Source: Acidobacteriota bacterium
GTDB lineage: Bacteria > Acidobacteriota > UBA4820 > DSQY01
Direction: 5' to 3'
Length of the DNA: 64,000 nt
NCBI GenBank assembly: GCA_049967655.1
Contig: JBMFSH010000002.1
Location: 96,001 to 160,000, forward strand
The notes beneath the pieces are model-generated. The model was not told where the DNA came from and did no database searches. It saw only the letters and a program-made list of their open reading frames with translations. The stretch's first letter is position 1. Each line of letters opens with the position of its first letter. The translations under genes were made by a program, and so were the position numbers. Below are positions 8,737 through 18,174 of this stretch, piece by piece.

Positions 8737-9429
8737 TCAGCCGCCCGACTGGGCCTTGGCGCGGAGCTCCTCGTCCACGAAATGCTGGATCCGCGCCTTT
8801 TCCTCCTGGCTCAGATCCTCGAACTGCACCCCGTAGGCGTTCAGGCGAGTACTCACCTCCCGCGCCTCCCTAACCACGACGCCGTTGACGCGGACCTTTT
8901 CGCGTTCCCGCGGAAGCGTGATCTGCAAGACCAGCCGCTCACCCATTTTAAGGCGCCGCGCGGTGAGAATGAGAATGCCGGAGGCACTGAGGTTGATGGA
9001 GTTGCAGAGGAACATGCTGGATTGGAGGTAGCCCTGGACCTGAACGTACACCAGAAGCCGGGCATCCTTCCGCGCTTCGATGGTGAGGAGCTTTTTGCAG
9101 GCCTGGTTCAGGTCATGGCCCGAGACGGGCTTCGGGAGAACCAGGTTGACACCTTCGCCAGGCAGCGCTTCCGGGAGCGAACCCAAGAGGATGACCCCGC
9201 ATTGCCTGCCTTCGGAAGACTCCCGTATTTTCTTGATCATCTCGGGCACCGGCATGTCGCTGACGTGGTCGTCGGTGATGATGAGCTGGGGCTGAAACTG
9301 CCGGACCTTATCGAGAGCCTCGGCCCCCGTAGCGGCCCTGATAAGCTCGTGCTCCTTGCGGAGCAACAGGCTCTGCTCGAAGGGGACCACCGGGATTCCG
9401 CTCTCTACCACCAGAATGCGCTTGCCCAT
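8737..9429 (-). CDS. Receiver domain + PilZ domain protein
   Basis: N-terminal REC (RILVVE, LIITD, LPKP); C-terminal RKDAR and NLSASG PilZ motifs, YGVQF. Confidence 0.85.
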   Translation of the reverse strand: MGKRILVVESGIPVVPFEQSLLLRKEHELIRAATGAEALDKVRQFQPQLIITDDHVSDMPVPEMIKKIRESSEGRQCGVILLGSLPEALPGEGVNLVLPKPVSGHDLNQACKKLLTIEARKDARLLVYVQVQGYLQSSMFLCNSINLSASGILILTARRLKMGERLVLQITLPREREKVRVNGVVVREAREVSTRLNAYGVQFEDLSQEEKARIQHFVDEELRAKAQSGG

Positions 9430-9511
9430 GCCCCTACCCCCGGCACGAAATCGCCGCCGGCACTGCTGCTTCCAGTGTAGCCTCGTCGGGAGGGCGGCGC
9501 AAGCCCGGTTC

Positions 9512-10465
9512 TCAGGACCTTGGTGGTGCGGGCTCCTCGTAGGGAAAGAGCGGAGTTGAGAGATAACGCTCTCCGGTGTCGCACACGATGCTGACGACGC
9601 GCTTGCCGGGGCCGAGTTCCCTCGCGACCTGCAAGGCGGCGCTCAGGATGCCGCCCGAGGAGATGCCCGCCAGGATGCCCTCCTCCCTGGCCAGCCTCCG
9701 AGCGGTCTCCAAAGACTCCTCGTAGGTGATTTGGATGACCCGATCCACCACCTCCGAGTCGTAGTTCCGCGGCACGAAGCCCGCTCCCAGTCCCTGAATT
9801 TTGTGCGGCCCCGGCTGTCCTCCGGAGAGCACCGGCGAGTCCGCCGGTTCCACCGCCACGACCAAGATCTGCGCCCCCAGGGTGGCCTTCAGCATCCTTC
9901 CCACGCCGGCCACCGTACCACCCGTGCCCACGCCAGCGATGAAGGCATCCAGCCGCCCTCTCGTATCCCGGATCACCTCGGCAGCGGTCGTGTTCCGGTG
10001 GACGGCGGGATTGGCCGGATTGTCGAACTGACCCGGCATGAAGGCCCCGGCGCGCTCTGAGAGGAGCCGCTCCGCCTCCGCCATGGCCCCCTTCATGCCC
10101 TTCGCACCGGGGGTCAGGACCAGCTTGGCCCCGTAAGCCTGAAGCAGCCTCCGGCGCTCAAGAGACATGGTCTCCGGCATGACGAGAGTCAAGGGGTACC
10201 CCCGCTGCGCGCAGACCATGGCGAGGGCGATGCCGGTGTTCCCGGAAGTGGCCTCGATCACGGACATGCCGGGCTTGAGCTGCCCGCTGGCCTCCGCGGC
10301 CGCGATCATGGCGGACCCAATGCGGTCCTTCACGCTCCCCGCGGGATTGAAGGACTCTAGCTTCACGCAGAGCTCCGCCATCCCCTCTTCCACCATCCGC
10401 GAAAGCCGCACCAGGGGGGTGTCGCCGATAGTCTCCGTGATGTCGTTGTAAATACGTCCGCTCAT
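9512..10465 (-). CDS. cysK: Cysteine synthase A
   Basis: [44 protein letters not shown]. Confidence 0.96.
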   Translation of the reverse strand: MSGRIYNDITETIGDTPLVRLSRMVEEGMAELCVKLESFNPAGSVKDRIGSAMIAAAEASGQLKPGMSVIEATSGNTGIALAMVCAQRGYPLTLVMPETMSLERRRLLQAYGAKLVLTPGAKGMKGAMAEAERLLSERAGAFMPGQFDNPANPAVHRNTTAAEVIRDTRGRLDAFIAGVGTGGTVAGVGRMLKATLGAQILVVAVEPADSPVLSGGQPGPHKIQGLGAGFVPRNYDSEVVDRVIQITYEESLETARRLAREEGILAGISSGGILSAALQVARELGPGKRVVSIVCDTGERYLSTPLFPYEEPAPPRS

Positions 10466-10483
10466 GGCAGTTCTCCTTCTTCC

Positions 10484-11116
10484 TTACACCCCGATCCTGG
10501 GGCAGAGGTCTTCCAGGGGGCAGAGCTCGCAGGCCGGCCTCCTTGCCGCGCACACCCGTCTCCCGTGCTCGATCAGACGATGGCTCAGAGGGACCCAGTC
10601 CTCTCTTCGAAATTCTTTCATCAGGTCCGATTCGATCTTCTCGGCCGTCGTGGCGGAGGAGAACCCGAGCCTCGCCGCCAGGCGGGCCACGTGCGTGTCC
10701 ACCACCACCCCTTCGCTCTTGCCGAACACGTTTCCCAGGACCACGTTGGCCGTCTTCCTCGCCACGCCCGGCAGCCGGACCAGCTCCTCCATGGTGCCGG
10801 GTATCTCGCCGCCGTGCTCCGTGACGATCATGCGGGCCGCTCCCAGCAGGGATTTCGCCTTGTTCCTGTAGCACCCGGTGGAGCGGATCATCCCCTCCAA
10901 CTCCTGCGGGTCTGCGGCCGCCAGGGAAGAGGCGTCGGGGAAGCACGCGAAAAGCGGGGGCGTCACCCGATTCACCCGCTCGTCGGTGCACTGCGCCGAC
11001 AGGACGGTGGCCACCAGAAGCTCGTAGGCATTACGGTGGAGGAGGCTGCACGAGGCCCGCGGGTAGGCCTCGGCAAGCCTCTCCCCAATGGCCTGGCAGG
11101 GGGCGATTCCCTTCAT
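10484..11116 (-). CDS. nth: Endonuclease III
   Basis: LSAQCTD, LPGVARKTANV HhH, VDTHV, C-x6-C-x2-C-x5-C cluster motif. Confidence 0.96.
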   Translation of the reverse strand: MKGIAPCQAIGERLAEAYPRASCSLLHRNAYELLVATVLSAQCTDERVNRVTPPLFACFPDASSLAAADPQELEGMIRSTGCYRNKAKSLLGAARMIVTEHGGEIPGTMEELVRLPGVARKTANVVLGNVFGKSEGVVVDTHVARLAARLGFSSATTAEKIESDLMKEFRREDWVPLSHRLIEHGRRVCAARRPACELCPLEDLCPRIGV

Positions 11117-11126
11117 CTGGCCTCCC

Positions 11127-14100
11127 TCATGGTCCCGCCGTGGGACCCTGGATCTTCGTCTCCGGGGCGCTCGACTTCAGCGCCTTGATATGGTTGATTA
11201 ACTGCCAGATGCTGATGGTATTCCCTCGGGGAATTCGTACCTCGTAAGAGAAGTCCTGCCGAAGGATCGCCTTGAGAGGGTTGGCTTCATGCAGGAGCAC
11301 GAGCCGGTAAAAGGAGAGCTCTCCTCCGTCCAGACCGCAGCGCAGGGAGGCCTGGTCATAGGGTAAGGTAGAGCTGTGCGTAAGGCTTCTTATTCGCTCG
11401 CCCCCTATGCGGACCAGGAAATCGCGCCCGATCAGCATGGGCTCCGCCCCCCGAGGATCGACCCACAGGTCGCCGAGAGCCCGGATACGGCTGAGACCGA
11501 GGCCCTCCCCTCCGAAGGTGAGGCTGCCGTCCAAGTCGCCAGAGAGGTCTCCCGCCAGCGATCCAGACTGGGAGCAGAAGGCCTTGAGGCTGGCCCGGTC
11601 GAGGAGAATCTGACCGGCGTAGCGGATGCCTGCTTCACTTAGAGAAAGCCTGGCCTCGCCCTGCAGCTCTCCATCCCATAGCTTCCCCTTGGTGGCCCTG
11701 AGATCCATGAGCCCCTGCCGGGTGCTCGACGACAGCTCCAGGTCGTCTGCGTGAAAGACGCTGTACCGGATGCGGCGGATGCTTAGGGCTTCGCCCCCTG
11801 GAAGAGGAAGGCCCAAGGCCCGCGCGCCCTCCCCGAGATCCGCGCTTCCCCGCTGCTGAAAGCCGGGGATGGCGAGGGTATCCTTCCCGAGGATGACCTC
11901 CATGGGGAGCCTTCCTTCCATCCCCGCCACCTTGAGCGATTTGTCTTCAGAGAGAAAGCTGGCGCCGTTCAGCTCCAGGTCGCACCGCAGGATGGGCTGG
12001 CTCCCCGTGAGGTCGAGGCTTCCGGAAACGGCGCCCTGCCCTTCAACCGTCCCGTAGCCCAGATACTCCGGCAGGAAGTCGAAGAAGGCGTTCTGGAGCT
12101 CCGCCGCGGCGACCCTTGGGACCGAAAACTGGAGGCGAAGGCCTCCGCCGACCGATTGGGCCTCGGCCTTCACGGGCAGCTTGCCGCCCTCCAGGCTTGC
12201 CCCTTCGGTGCGCAGCGCAAACCCATTCTTGCCGTAATCCATCAGCATGAGCCCGGAGAGTTTCCGCAGGGTACGGTCCGGGCTGCCGAACTGAAGAGTG
12301 GAGTCTCTGACGGTCAGCCTCCCCTTGATGGCCGGCGGGCTCTCTCCCAGGTCGGCGTCGCCTTCCACATCGGCCCTGCCCCCGGCCACGCTGAAGGGCA
12401 TGGGCACGGTAGCGCGAAGGAAATCGGCCATGGGCTTGGCTTCCACGTCCTTCAGCCGAATCGAAACCCGCGGCGCGGAGCCGGCGACCGACTCTACCGT
12501 GGCCTGCCATGGCCCGCCCCAGTGGGTTCCCGCGGCTTCGAGGCCGTAGCTGGAGACCGCCGGATCGATCTTCCACGCTCCCTTCGCCGCGCCCAACTGC
12601 TCCGAGCGGAGCGAGATCCCCTCGCAGCGCCAATCTCCCTGCCGAGCCGCGAGGGGGGTGAAGGGCGCCTCCAATCCCTTGACGACGAACTGGCCGCCGA
12701 AGAGCGAGAGGTTCGCCTGGCTGATTCCCGCTCGCACCGCGCCGCCGAGATCTTCCAGGCGAAGGCTTCCGCGGGCTTGGCCCTCCAGAAAGGGGAGCCC
12801 GGCGGAGAAGTCGGCATCCGCGCGCCCCTCCCTTCCCCTTCCCGAGAGAGCCAGATCCTTCAGCTCCTTGCCCCAGCCCTCGGCGCGCGCCACTTTCATG
12901 GTCCCCCACCAGCGGCCGCCCTCACCCGCGACCTTCACCTGGACGCCCTCAAGGGAGAGCTTGCTCCCCCTGAGCTGCCCGGCGGAGACGTCGGCGCTCC
13001 AAGCTCCCTCTTCACTCCGAAAGCGCCAGGACCCTCCTCCCTTGGCATCCAGATCCAGCGTGCGCAGGGAGGTTCCCTCCCCAGAGGCGGAAAGGGTACC
13101 CACCAAGCCACCTTCGGGCATCGGCCAGGCCCCGCCCATCCCCCGCCAAGCACCCTGACCCCGAAGGGTCCAGGCCTTCCCCCGCGCCTCGCCCTCCAGA
13201 TCCATGCTCCCAGACGGACCCTGCAGTGTTCCGGATAGCGACAGCTTCCCCGAGGTGAAGATGGAGCGAAAATCCGCACCCAATTTCCCCCAGCGGAGGG
13301 TCAGCGAACCCACCGGATAGCCTCCCGTTCCGGGTGCCAGCCATCCCGCGAGGCGGGGGGCGCCCGAAGGCGGGGCCCTCCTGGCCAGTCCCGTCTCTGC
13401 TGAGAATCCCAGGCTCCATGCCTTGCCCTCCGTTTCCAGCCAATCCACGTTCGCCCGCAGCGGCATGGGTGCGCCTCCGCGGGAGTTCGCCCACAAACCA
13501 TGCAGGCAGGCGGAAATGCAAGTGGATGGAAGCTCGTTTTCGTGAGGGGTTGGATGATAATGTAAAGTTAGGATCGGGTCTTGGATACGGCCGATTCCCT
13601 TCACCATCGGAGAGGCCAGGAGTAGTTCTCCCGCCAGATATCTGATCGAGCTTCCGGGGGAACCGGGGGCTCCTCCCGGGGCCACGACCGCGCAGGCGAC
13701 CCCGCCGCCCTCCAGTGACCCCGGATTCCAGAGAGCGAACTGGGCGTTGCCGCCTCTCACGACCCTTCCCTCAATCCCCCAACTCCGACCGTTGGGCCAG
13801 CCCTCCAGATCGGTGGAGATTTGGTCCGGGGTCCAGCCGCATCGCCCGATGGCCAGAGTCTTCCCTCCCCTGAGGAAGAGCAGGTCGGCGGATCCTCCTC
13901 CGCGGCTCCAACTCCCGGAGAGGTCCAGCGCTCCTTCTGCTCCGCTCACGTGAGCGGCCCAGGTGCCCTCCCCCCCTCCGCGCCGGCCGCCCACCCATCC
14001 GATTCCCCGCCAGAGACCGGCAGGACTTTCGATGCGAAGATCTCCTACCCGAAGATCCAGGGGCAGATTCAACACCCAGCCTTGGGGGCTTCCTGCGCCT

Positions 14101-14495
14101 TGGCCGAGTGACGGCCATCCCGCCGCGAACGGCCTCACCGCGATCCTTGCGACTTGCCCCGTCGGAAGCCCCCAGAGATCTTCCAGCCGCAGATCCTTCA
14201 GCGATAGGAGGGGGGCCTTCACCGGACCCAGCTCGGCGTCCTGGGCGCTCAACCGTCCCCAAAGGTCCAGGCGGAGCCCCGACCACCGCACGCCGACGCC
14301 CCGGAAGAGGCCGGAACCTTCCGGGGACGCGATGTCGAGGGTCAGGAGGTGAACGCGGATGGGCGGCCTCGCGCCGAGCCAATGGCCCAGCCACGCCGAC
14401 GCCGCCCATCCTGCTCCCTCCTGAAGGAGCCCCAGAATCAGGACCGTGTAGGTTGCCCATCCCACGAGCCGGCGAAGCCGGCGCGGGGCGCTCAT
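11127..14495 (-). CDS. Large AsmA/YdbH-like periplasmic beta-rich protein (~1120 aa)
   Basis: Start MSAPRRLRR overlaps the lnt stop (ATGA); one N-terminal TM followed by long Gly-rich amphipathic beta strands. Confidence 0.65.
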   Translation of the reverse strand: MSAPRRLRRLVGWATYTVLILGLLQEGAGWAASAWLGHWLGARPPIRVHLLTLDIASPEGSGLFRGVGVRWSGLRLDLWGRLSAQDAELGPVKAPLLSLKDLRLEDLWGLPTGQVARIAVRPFAAGWPSLGQGAGSPQGWVLNLPLDLRVGDLRIESPAGLWRGIGWVGGRRGGGEGTWAAHVSGAEGALDLSGSWSRGGGSADLLFLRGGKTLAIGRCGWTPDQISTDLEGWPNGRSWGIEGRVVRGGNAQFALWNPGSLEGGGVACAVVAPGGAPGSPGSSIRYLAGELLLASPMVKGIGRIQDPILTLHYHPTPHENELPSTCISACLHGLWANSRGGAPMPLRANVDWLETEGKAWSLGFSAETGLARRAPPSGAPRLAGWLAPGTGGYPVGSLTLRWGKLGADFRSIFTSGKLSLSGTLQGPSGSMDLEGEARGKAWTLRGQGAWRGMGGAWPMPEGGLVGTLSASGEGTSLRTLDLDAKGGGSWRFRSEEGAWSADVSAGQLRGSKLSLEGVQVKVAGEGGRWWGTMKVARAEGWGKELKDLALSGRGREGRADADFSAGLPFLEGQARGSLRLEDLGGAVRAGISQANLSLFGGQFVVKGLEAPFTPLAARQGDWRCEGISLRSEQLGAAKGAWKIDPAVSSYGLEAAGTHWGGPWQATVESVAGSAPRVSIRLKDVEAKPMADFLRATVPMPFSVAGGRADVEGDADLGESPPAIKGRLTVRDSTLQFGSPDRTLRKLSGLMLMDYGKNGFALRTEGASLEGGKLPVKAEAQSVGGGLRLQFSVPRVAAAELQNAFFDFLPEYLGYGTVEGQGAVSGSLDLTGSQPILRCDLELNGASFLSEDKSLKVAGMEGRLPMEVILGKDTLAIPGFQQRGSADLGEGARALGLPLPGGEALSIRRIRYSVFHADDLELSSSTRQGLMDLRATKGKLWDGELQGEARLSLSEAGIRYAGQILLDRASLKAFCSQSGSLAGDLSGDLDGSLTFGGEGLGLSRIRALGDLWVDPRGAEPMLIGRDFLVRIGGERIRSLTHSSTLPYDQASLRCGLDGGELSFYRLVLLHEANPLKAILRQDFSYEVRIPRGNTISIWQLINHIKALKSSAPETKIQGPTAGP

Positions 14496-16045
14496 GGAGA
14501 GAGCCGCGCTCCGGGCTGGTTGGCCCGGGACGGCCGGGCGAAAAAGAGAACCACGAGCAGAGGCAGCAGAAGCCAGCCATTGCCGACGCGGTCCCAGAGG
14601 GTCTTTTGGGACCGGAACTCCACCAAACCCCAAAAGGAAGCGGGCTGGCCCTTCGGAGTGGCGGCCTGGAGTTGGCCGCGCGGGGTGACGACGCCGCTGA
14701 CCCCCCCGTTGGCGCTGCGGATCAGATAGCGATCGTTCTCCACCGCCCGAACCCGCTGAATCAGAAAGTCCTGGTCGGGTCCGGGCGTGCCCCGGTACCA
14801 GGCGTCGTTGGTCATGTTCACCAGGAGCTGGGCCCCGTTCAGAACCTCCCGGCGCACGAGGGACGGGAAGATGCCTTCGTAGCAGATGGTAACCCCCACC
14901 TTTCCCTCCGGCAGGGAGAGGGGCTGAAGGCTGTGGCCCGGAGCGAACTCCCCAACCTCCTCCACGATGGGCCTGGCGAAGAAGAGCCACTGGCGGAGGG
15001 GCACGTACTCGCCGAAGGGCACGAGGTGGGTCTTGGCGTAGCGCCCCGCCTCCTTGCCGTCGGGCATGACCAGCACGGCGCCGTTCTGGTAGCCTTCCGC
15101 GGAGGAGAGGACGCTTCCCACCAGGATGGGGGAGTTGATGGCGCCGGCCACCTTCGCCACGGCCTGGCGGTAAGTGGCGTCGGCGTCCCATTCGAAGGGC
15201 GTGCTGGATTCGGGCCAGACCAGGAGCTTCAGGCCATAGTGCTGGAAGGCCATGGAGAGATCCAAGGTCCGCTTCAGGATCATGCCGGAGAATTGGGGGT
15301 CCCACTTGCGGTTCTGCGGAATTTGGGGCTGCAGATAGCCCACCGGCACGGTCGGCTTGGGCTCCACGGGCCGTGCGTTCCACCACGCGCCCGCCAGATA
15401 GGACCCCACGAGGAGGAGCAGCGCGGCGGGGACGGCCACCAGGGCGACCGTGCTATGCCGATCCCTGAGGTACAGGGTGATCGCGGCGGAGCCGAGGAGG
15501 ACCAGGAAGGAGAGCCCAAGGATTCCGAAGAGCCGGGTTCCCTGCAGGAACGCGGGGTAGAGGCTCAGCGCGTATCCGGGCCCCCACCAGGGAAAGCCGC
15601 TGAGGAGGACGCCCCGCAGCCACTCCCAGAGGACCCAGACGAAGGGCGCCAGGACGATGGCCCAATCGCCGCGCCGCTTCACAAGAAAGGCCATGGTCCC
15701 GAGAAAGCCTGCCATGTAGAGCCCGAGGACTCCGCACATGCCCAGGACCAGAAGGAGGGCCAGCGGCTCGGCGATGTTCCCGTATCGGACCAGCGTTGGA
15801 ATGAGCCACCACAGGGTGCTGAACTCCCAGAGGGTTCCCGCCAGCCAACCCTTCGACAGCACTTTGGCCATGGGCACGCCGGGCAGCGAATAGAGCAGGG
15901 GCACGAAGGCCAGGACGGCCAGGATCCCGATCCCGTACGGAGGAAGGGAGGCGGCCCAGAGAAAAACTCCGAGAAGCAGGGAGAGCGGCCACCTCAGCCG
16001 ATCCGACCCAAGGAACCCCAGCGCGCTTGCCACTCTTCGAGCCAT
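14492..16045 (-). CDS. lnt: Apolipoprotein N-acyltransferase
   Basis: SGFPW, QPQI, VWPESS, YAKTHLVPFGEY, ICYE, TNDAWY, RSANGGVS; start uncertain. Confidence 0.95.
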   Translation of the reverse strand: MARRVASALGFLGSDRLRWPLSLLLGVFLWAASLPPYGIGILAVLAFVPLLYSLPGVPMAKVLSKGWLAGTLWEFSTLWWLIPTLVRYGNIAEPLALLLVLGMCGVLGLYMAGFLGTMAFLVKRRGDWAIVLAPFVWVLWEWLRGVLLSGFPWWGPGYALSLYPAFLQGTRLFGILGLSFLVLLGSAAITLYLRDRHSTVALVAVPAALLLLVGSYLAGAWWNARPVEPKPTVPVGYLQPQIPQNRKWDPQFSGMILKRTLDLSMAFQHYGLKLLVWPESSTPFEWDADATYRQAVAKVAGAINSPILVGSVLSSAEGYQNGAVLVMPDGKEAGRYAKTHLVPFGEYVPLRQWLFFARPIVEEVGEFAPGHSLQPLSLPEGKVGVTICYEGIFPSLVRREVLNGAQLLVNMTNDAWYRGTPGPDQDFLIQRVRAVENDRYLIRSANGGVSGVVTPRGQLQAATPKGQPASFWGLVEFRSQKTLWDRVGNGWLLLPLLVVLFFARPSRANQPGARLSP

Positions 16046-18174
16046 TGGTTGAATCGCTCCTTCTCGTCCGCATCCCACGTGAAATCCGGGGCGGCCAGCC
16101 GGGCCGCCCAGTTCCTGGCCTTCTGGAGCATATCAAAATCTCGCAGCGGATTGGCCAGCCGGAAGCCACCCCCTCCCCACTGCCGGGTACCCGCCGGATC
16201 TCCGGCCCCGCGGAGCTGCAAGTCGGCCTCCGCGATGGCGAACCCGTCGCGGGTGCCTTCCAGAACCTTGAGGCGCTTCAGCGCCTCGTCTCCGGCGTCC
16301 GGACCCTGCATCAGGATGCAGTACCCTTTATGGCCGGCCCGGCCGACCCGGCCCCGGAACTGGTGGAGCTGGGCCAGACCGAACCGCTCGGCGTGCTCGA
16401 TCATCATGACCGAGGCCTCGGGCAGGTCCACCCCCACCTCGACCACGGAGGTGGCCACGAGGAGCCGGATCTCGCCGCTCCTCAAGCGCTCCATCACGGC
16501 CTCCTTCTCCCGCGGTTTCATGCGGCCGTGGAGGAGGGCCGCCGGGTAGCCCCGGAACGGCCCCGCCGTCAGCCGCTGGAATCCCTGCGTAGCGGCCTGG
16601 AGGTCGGTGGCCGCCGACTCCTCCACCAGCGGGTAGATGACGAAGACCTGGCGCCCCGCGTCCATCTCGCGCCGCAGGAACTCCTCCACCCGATGGCGCG
16701 CCGTTGGGTCGCGGACCACGGTCACCACCTCCCGGCGCCCCGGCGGCAGCTCGTCCAGGACGCTCAGATCCAGATCGCCGTACAGGGTAAGGGCCAGGCT
16801 CCGGGGAATGGGCGTGGCCGACATGACCAGGACGTTGGGCTCCCTCCCCTTCGCCACCAGCCGCGCTCGCTGAACCACCCCGAAACGGTGCTGCTCGTCG
16901 ATGACGACCATACCCAGAGAGGCGTAGTCCACACCCTCCTGAAAGAGACTGTGCGTCCCCACGATCAGACGCATTTGCCCGGAGGCGAGGGCGGCCAGGA
17001 GATCCCTGCGCGCCTTTCCCTTGACGGCCGCCGTCAGGAGCCCCACGGGCATCCCCGAGGGCCCGGCCATGGATTGCAGCTGCTTGAACTGCTGGCCCGC
17101 GAGCACCTCGGTGGGCGCCATGAAGGCCGCCTGGAAGCCCTGGTGCGCGGCCATGATCATAGCCAGGAACGCCACCACCGTCTTCCCGCTTCCCACGTCC
17201 CCGTGCAGGAGCCGGTACATGGGCGCGGGCGACTCCAGATCCGCGACGATTTCCTTGAGCACGCGGCGCTGCGCCCCCGTCAGGCGGAAGGGCAGGAGCC
17301 CGCGGAGGAGATCGCCGGTGGCGGGATCTGGGCGGATGATCACTCCGCGCAGGCTCTTTCTCTCCTGCCGCGCCGCCACGAGGGAGGACTGGAGCCCGAG
17401 CAACTCCTCAAAGGCCAACCGCTTGTAGGCGGGCGTCTTGACCGCCGCCAGATCCTGTAGTGAGTCGCCGTCATCAGGGAAATGGGCCTTTCGAAATGCC
17501 TCTTGGCGATCCGCCCAGCCCTCCTCCCGCAGGAGTGCCTTCGGAAGAACCTCCAAAATGGGCTGGCCCGCTTCGAAGACCCTAAACATGAGCGTGCGGA
17601 AAGCCTTGCTGGATAGGTTCCCCGCCCTCTTGTAGACGGGGACGATCCGATCCAAGTGGATGGCGGCCTCGCCCGGCGAGGGCACCTTCTCCACCTCCGG
17701 ACTCTCCAGCTCGAGCCTGAGCCCGCCTCGGACGGAAAAGAGTTCGACCCTCCCGAAGAGGAAAAGCTCCGTGCCTTGAGGAAGGGATTCCTTGAGCCAG
17801 GGCTGGTTGAACCAGACCACGTGAATGCTGCCCGTGGCGTCCGCCACGAGAGCCTCGGTGACGTGCACCCCCCTTCGCCTGGCGCTCCGGGAGGTGAGGG
17901 CGAGGAGCTTGGCCCTCACGCAGACCGCCTGGCCAGGGCTGAGGGAGGCGATGGGTACGGGATGGCGGCGGTCTTCGAACCGGCAGGGAAGCCACCACAG
18001 CAGATCGTCGCGGGTGACGAGCCCCGCGGCCGCCAGACTTCGCGCCGTGGCAGCGCCCACACCCGGCAGACCCTGGAGGCCTTGGCCGGAGGGAGCCCGC
18101 CTGGTGGGCGTATCAGTCGCAGCGCTCTTCGTGGTTCCCGTTCGCCGCGTAGAGCTCTTCGATGAGATGGGCAT
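15994..18174 (-). CDS. recG: ATP-dependent DNA helicase RecG
   Basis: GDVGSGKT, APTEVLA, IDEQHRFGV, SATPIPR, QLHQFRGRVGR; start approximate. Confidence 0.96.
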   Translation of the reverse strand: MPISSKSSTRRTGTTKSAATDTPTRRAPSGQGLQGLPGVGAATARSLAAAGLVTRDDLLWWLPCRFEDRRHPVPIASLSPGQAVCVRAKLLALTSRSARRRGVHVTEALVADATGSIHVVWFNQPWLKESLPQGTELFLFGRVELFSVRGGLRLELESPEVEKVPSPGEAAIHLDRIVPVYKRAGNLSSKAFRTLMFRVFEAGQPILEVLPKALLREEGWADRQEAFRKAHFPDDGDSLQDLAAVKTPAYKRLAFEELLGLQSSLVAARQERKSLRGVIIRPDPATGDLLRGLLPFRLTGAQRRVLKEIVADLESPAPMYRLLHGDVGSGKTVVAFLAMIMAAHQGFQAAFMAPTEVLAGQQFKQLQSMAGPSGMPVGLLTAAVKGKARRDLLAALASGQMRLIVGTHSLFQEGVDYASLGMVVIDEQHRFGVVQRARLVAKGREPNVLVMSATPIPRSLALTLYGDLDLSVLDELPPGRREVVTVVRDPTARHRVEEFLRREMDAGRQVFVIYPLVEESAATDLQAATQGFQRLTAGPFRGYPAALLHGRMKPREKEAVMERLRSGEIRLLVATSVVEVGVDLPEASVMMIEHAERFGLAQLHQFRGRVGRAGHKGYCILMQGPDAGDEALKRLKVLEGTRDGFAIAEADLQLRGAGDPAGTRQWGGGGFRLANPLRDFDMLQKARNWAARLAAPDFTWDADEKERFNQWLEEWQARWGSLGRIG

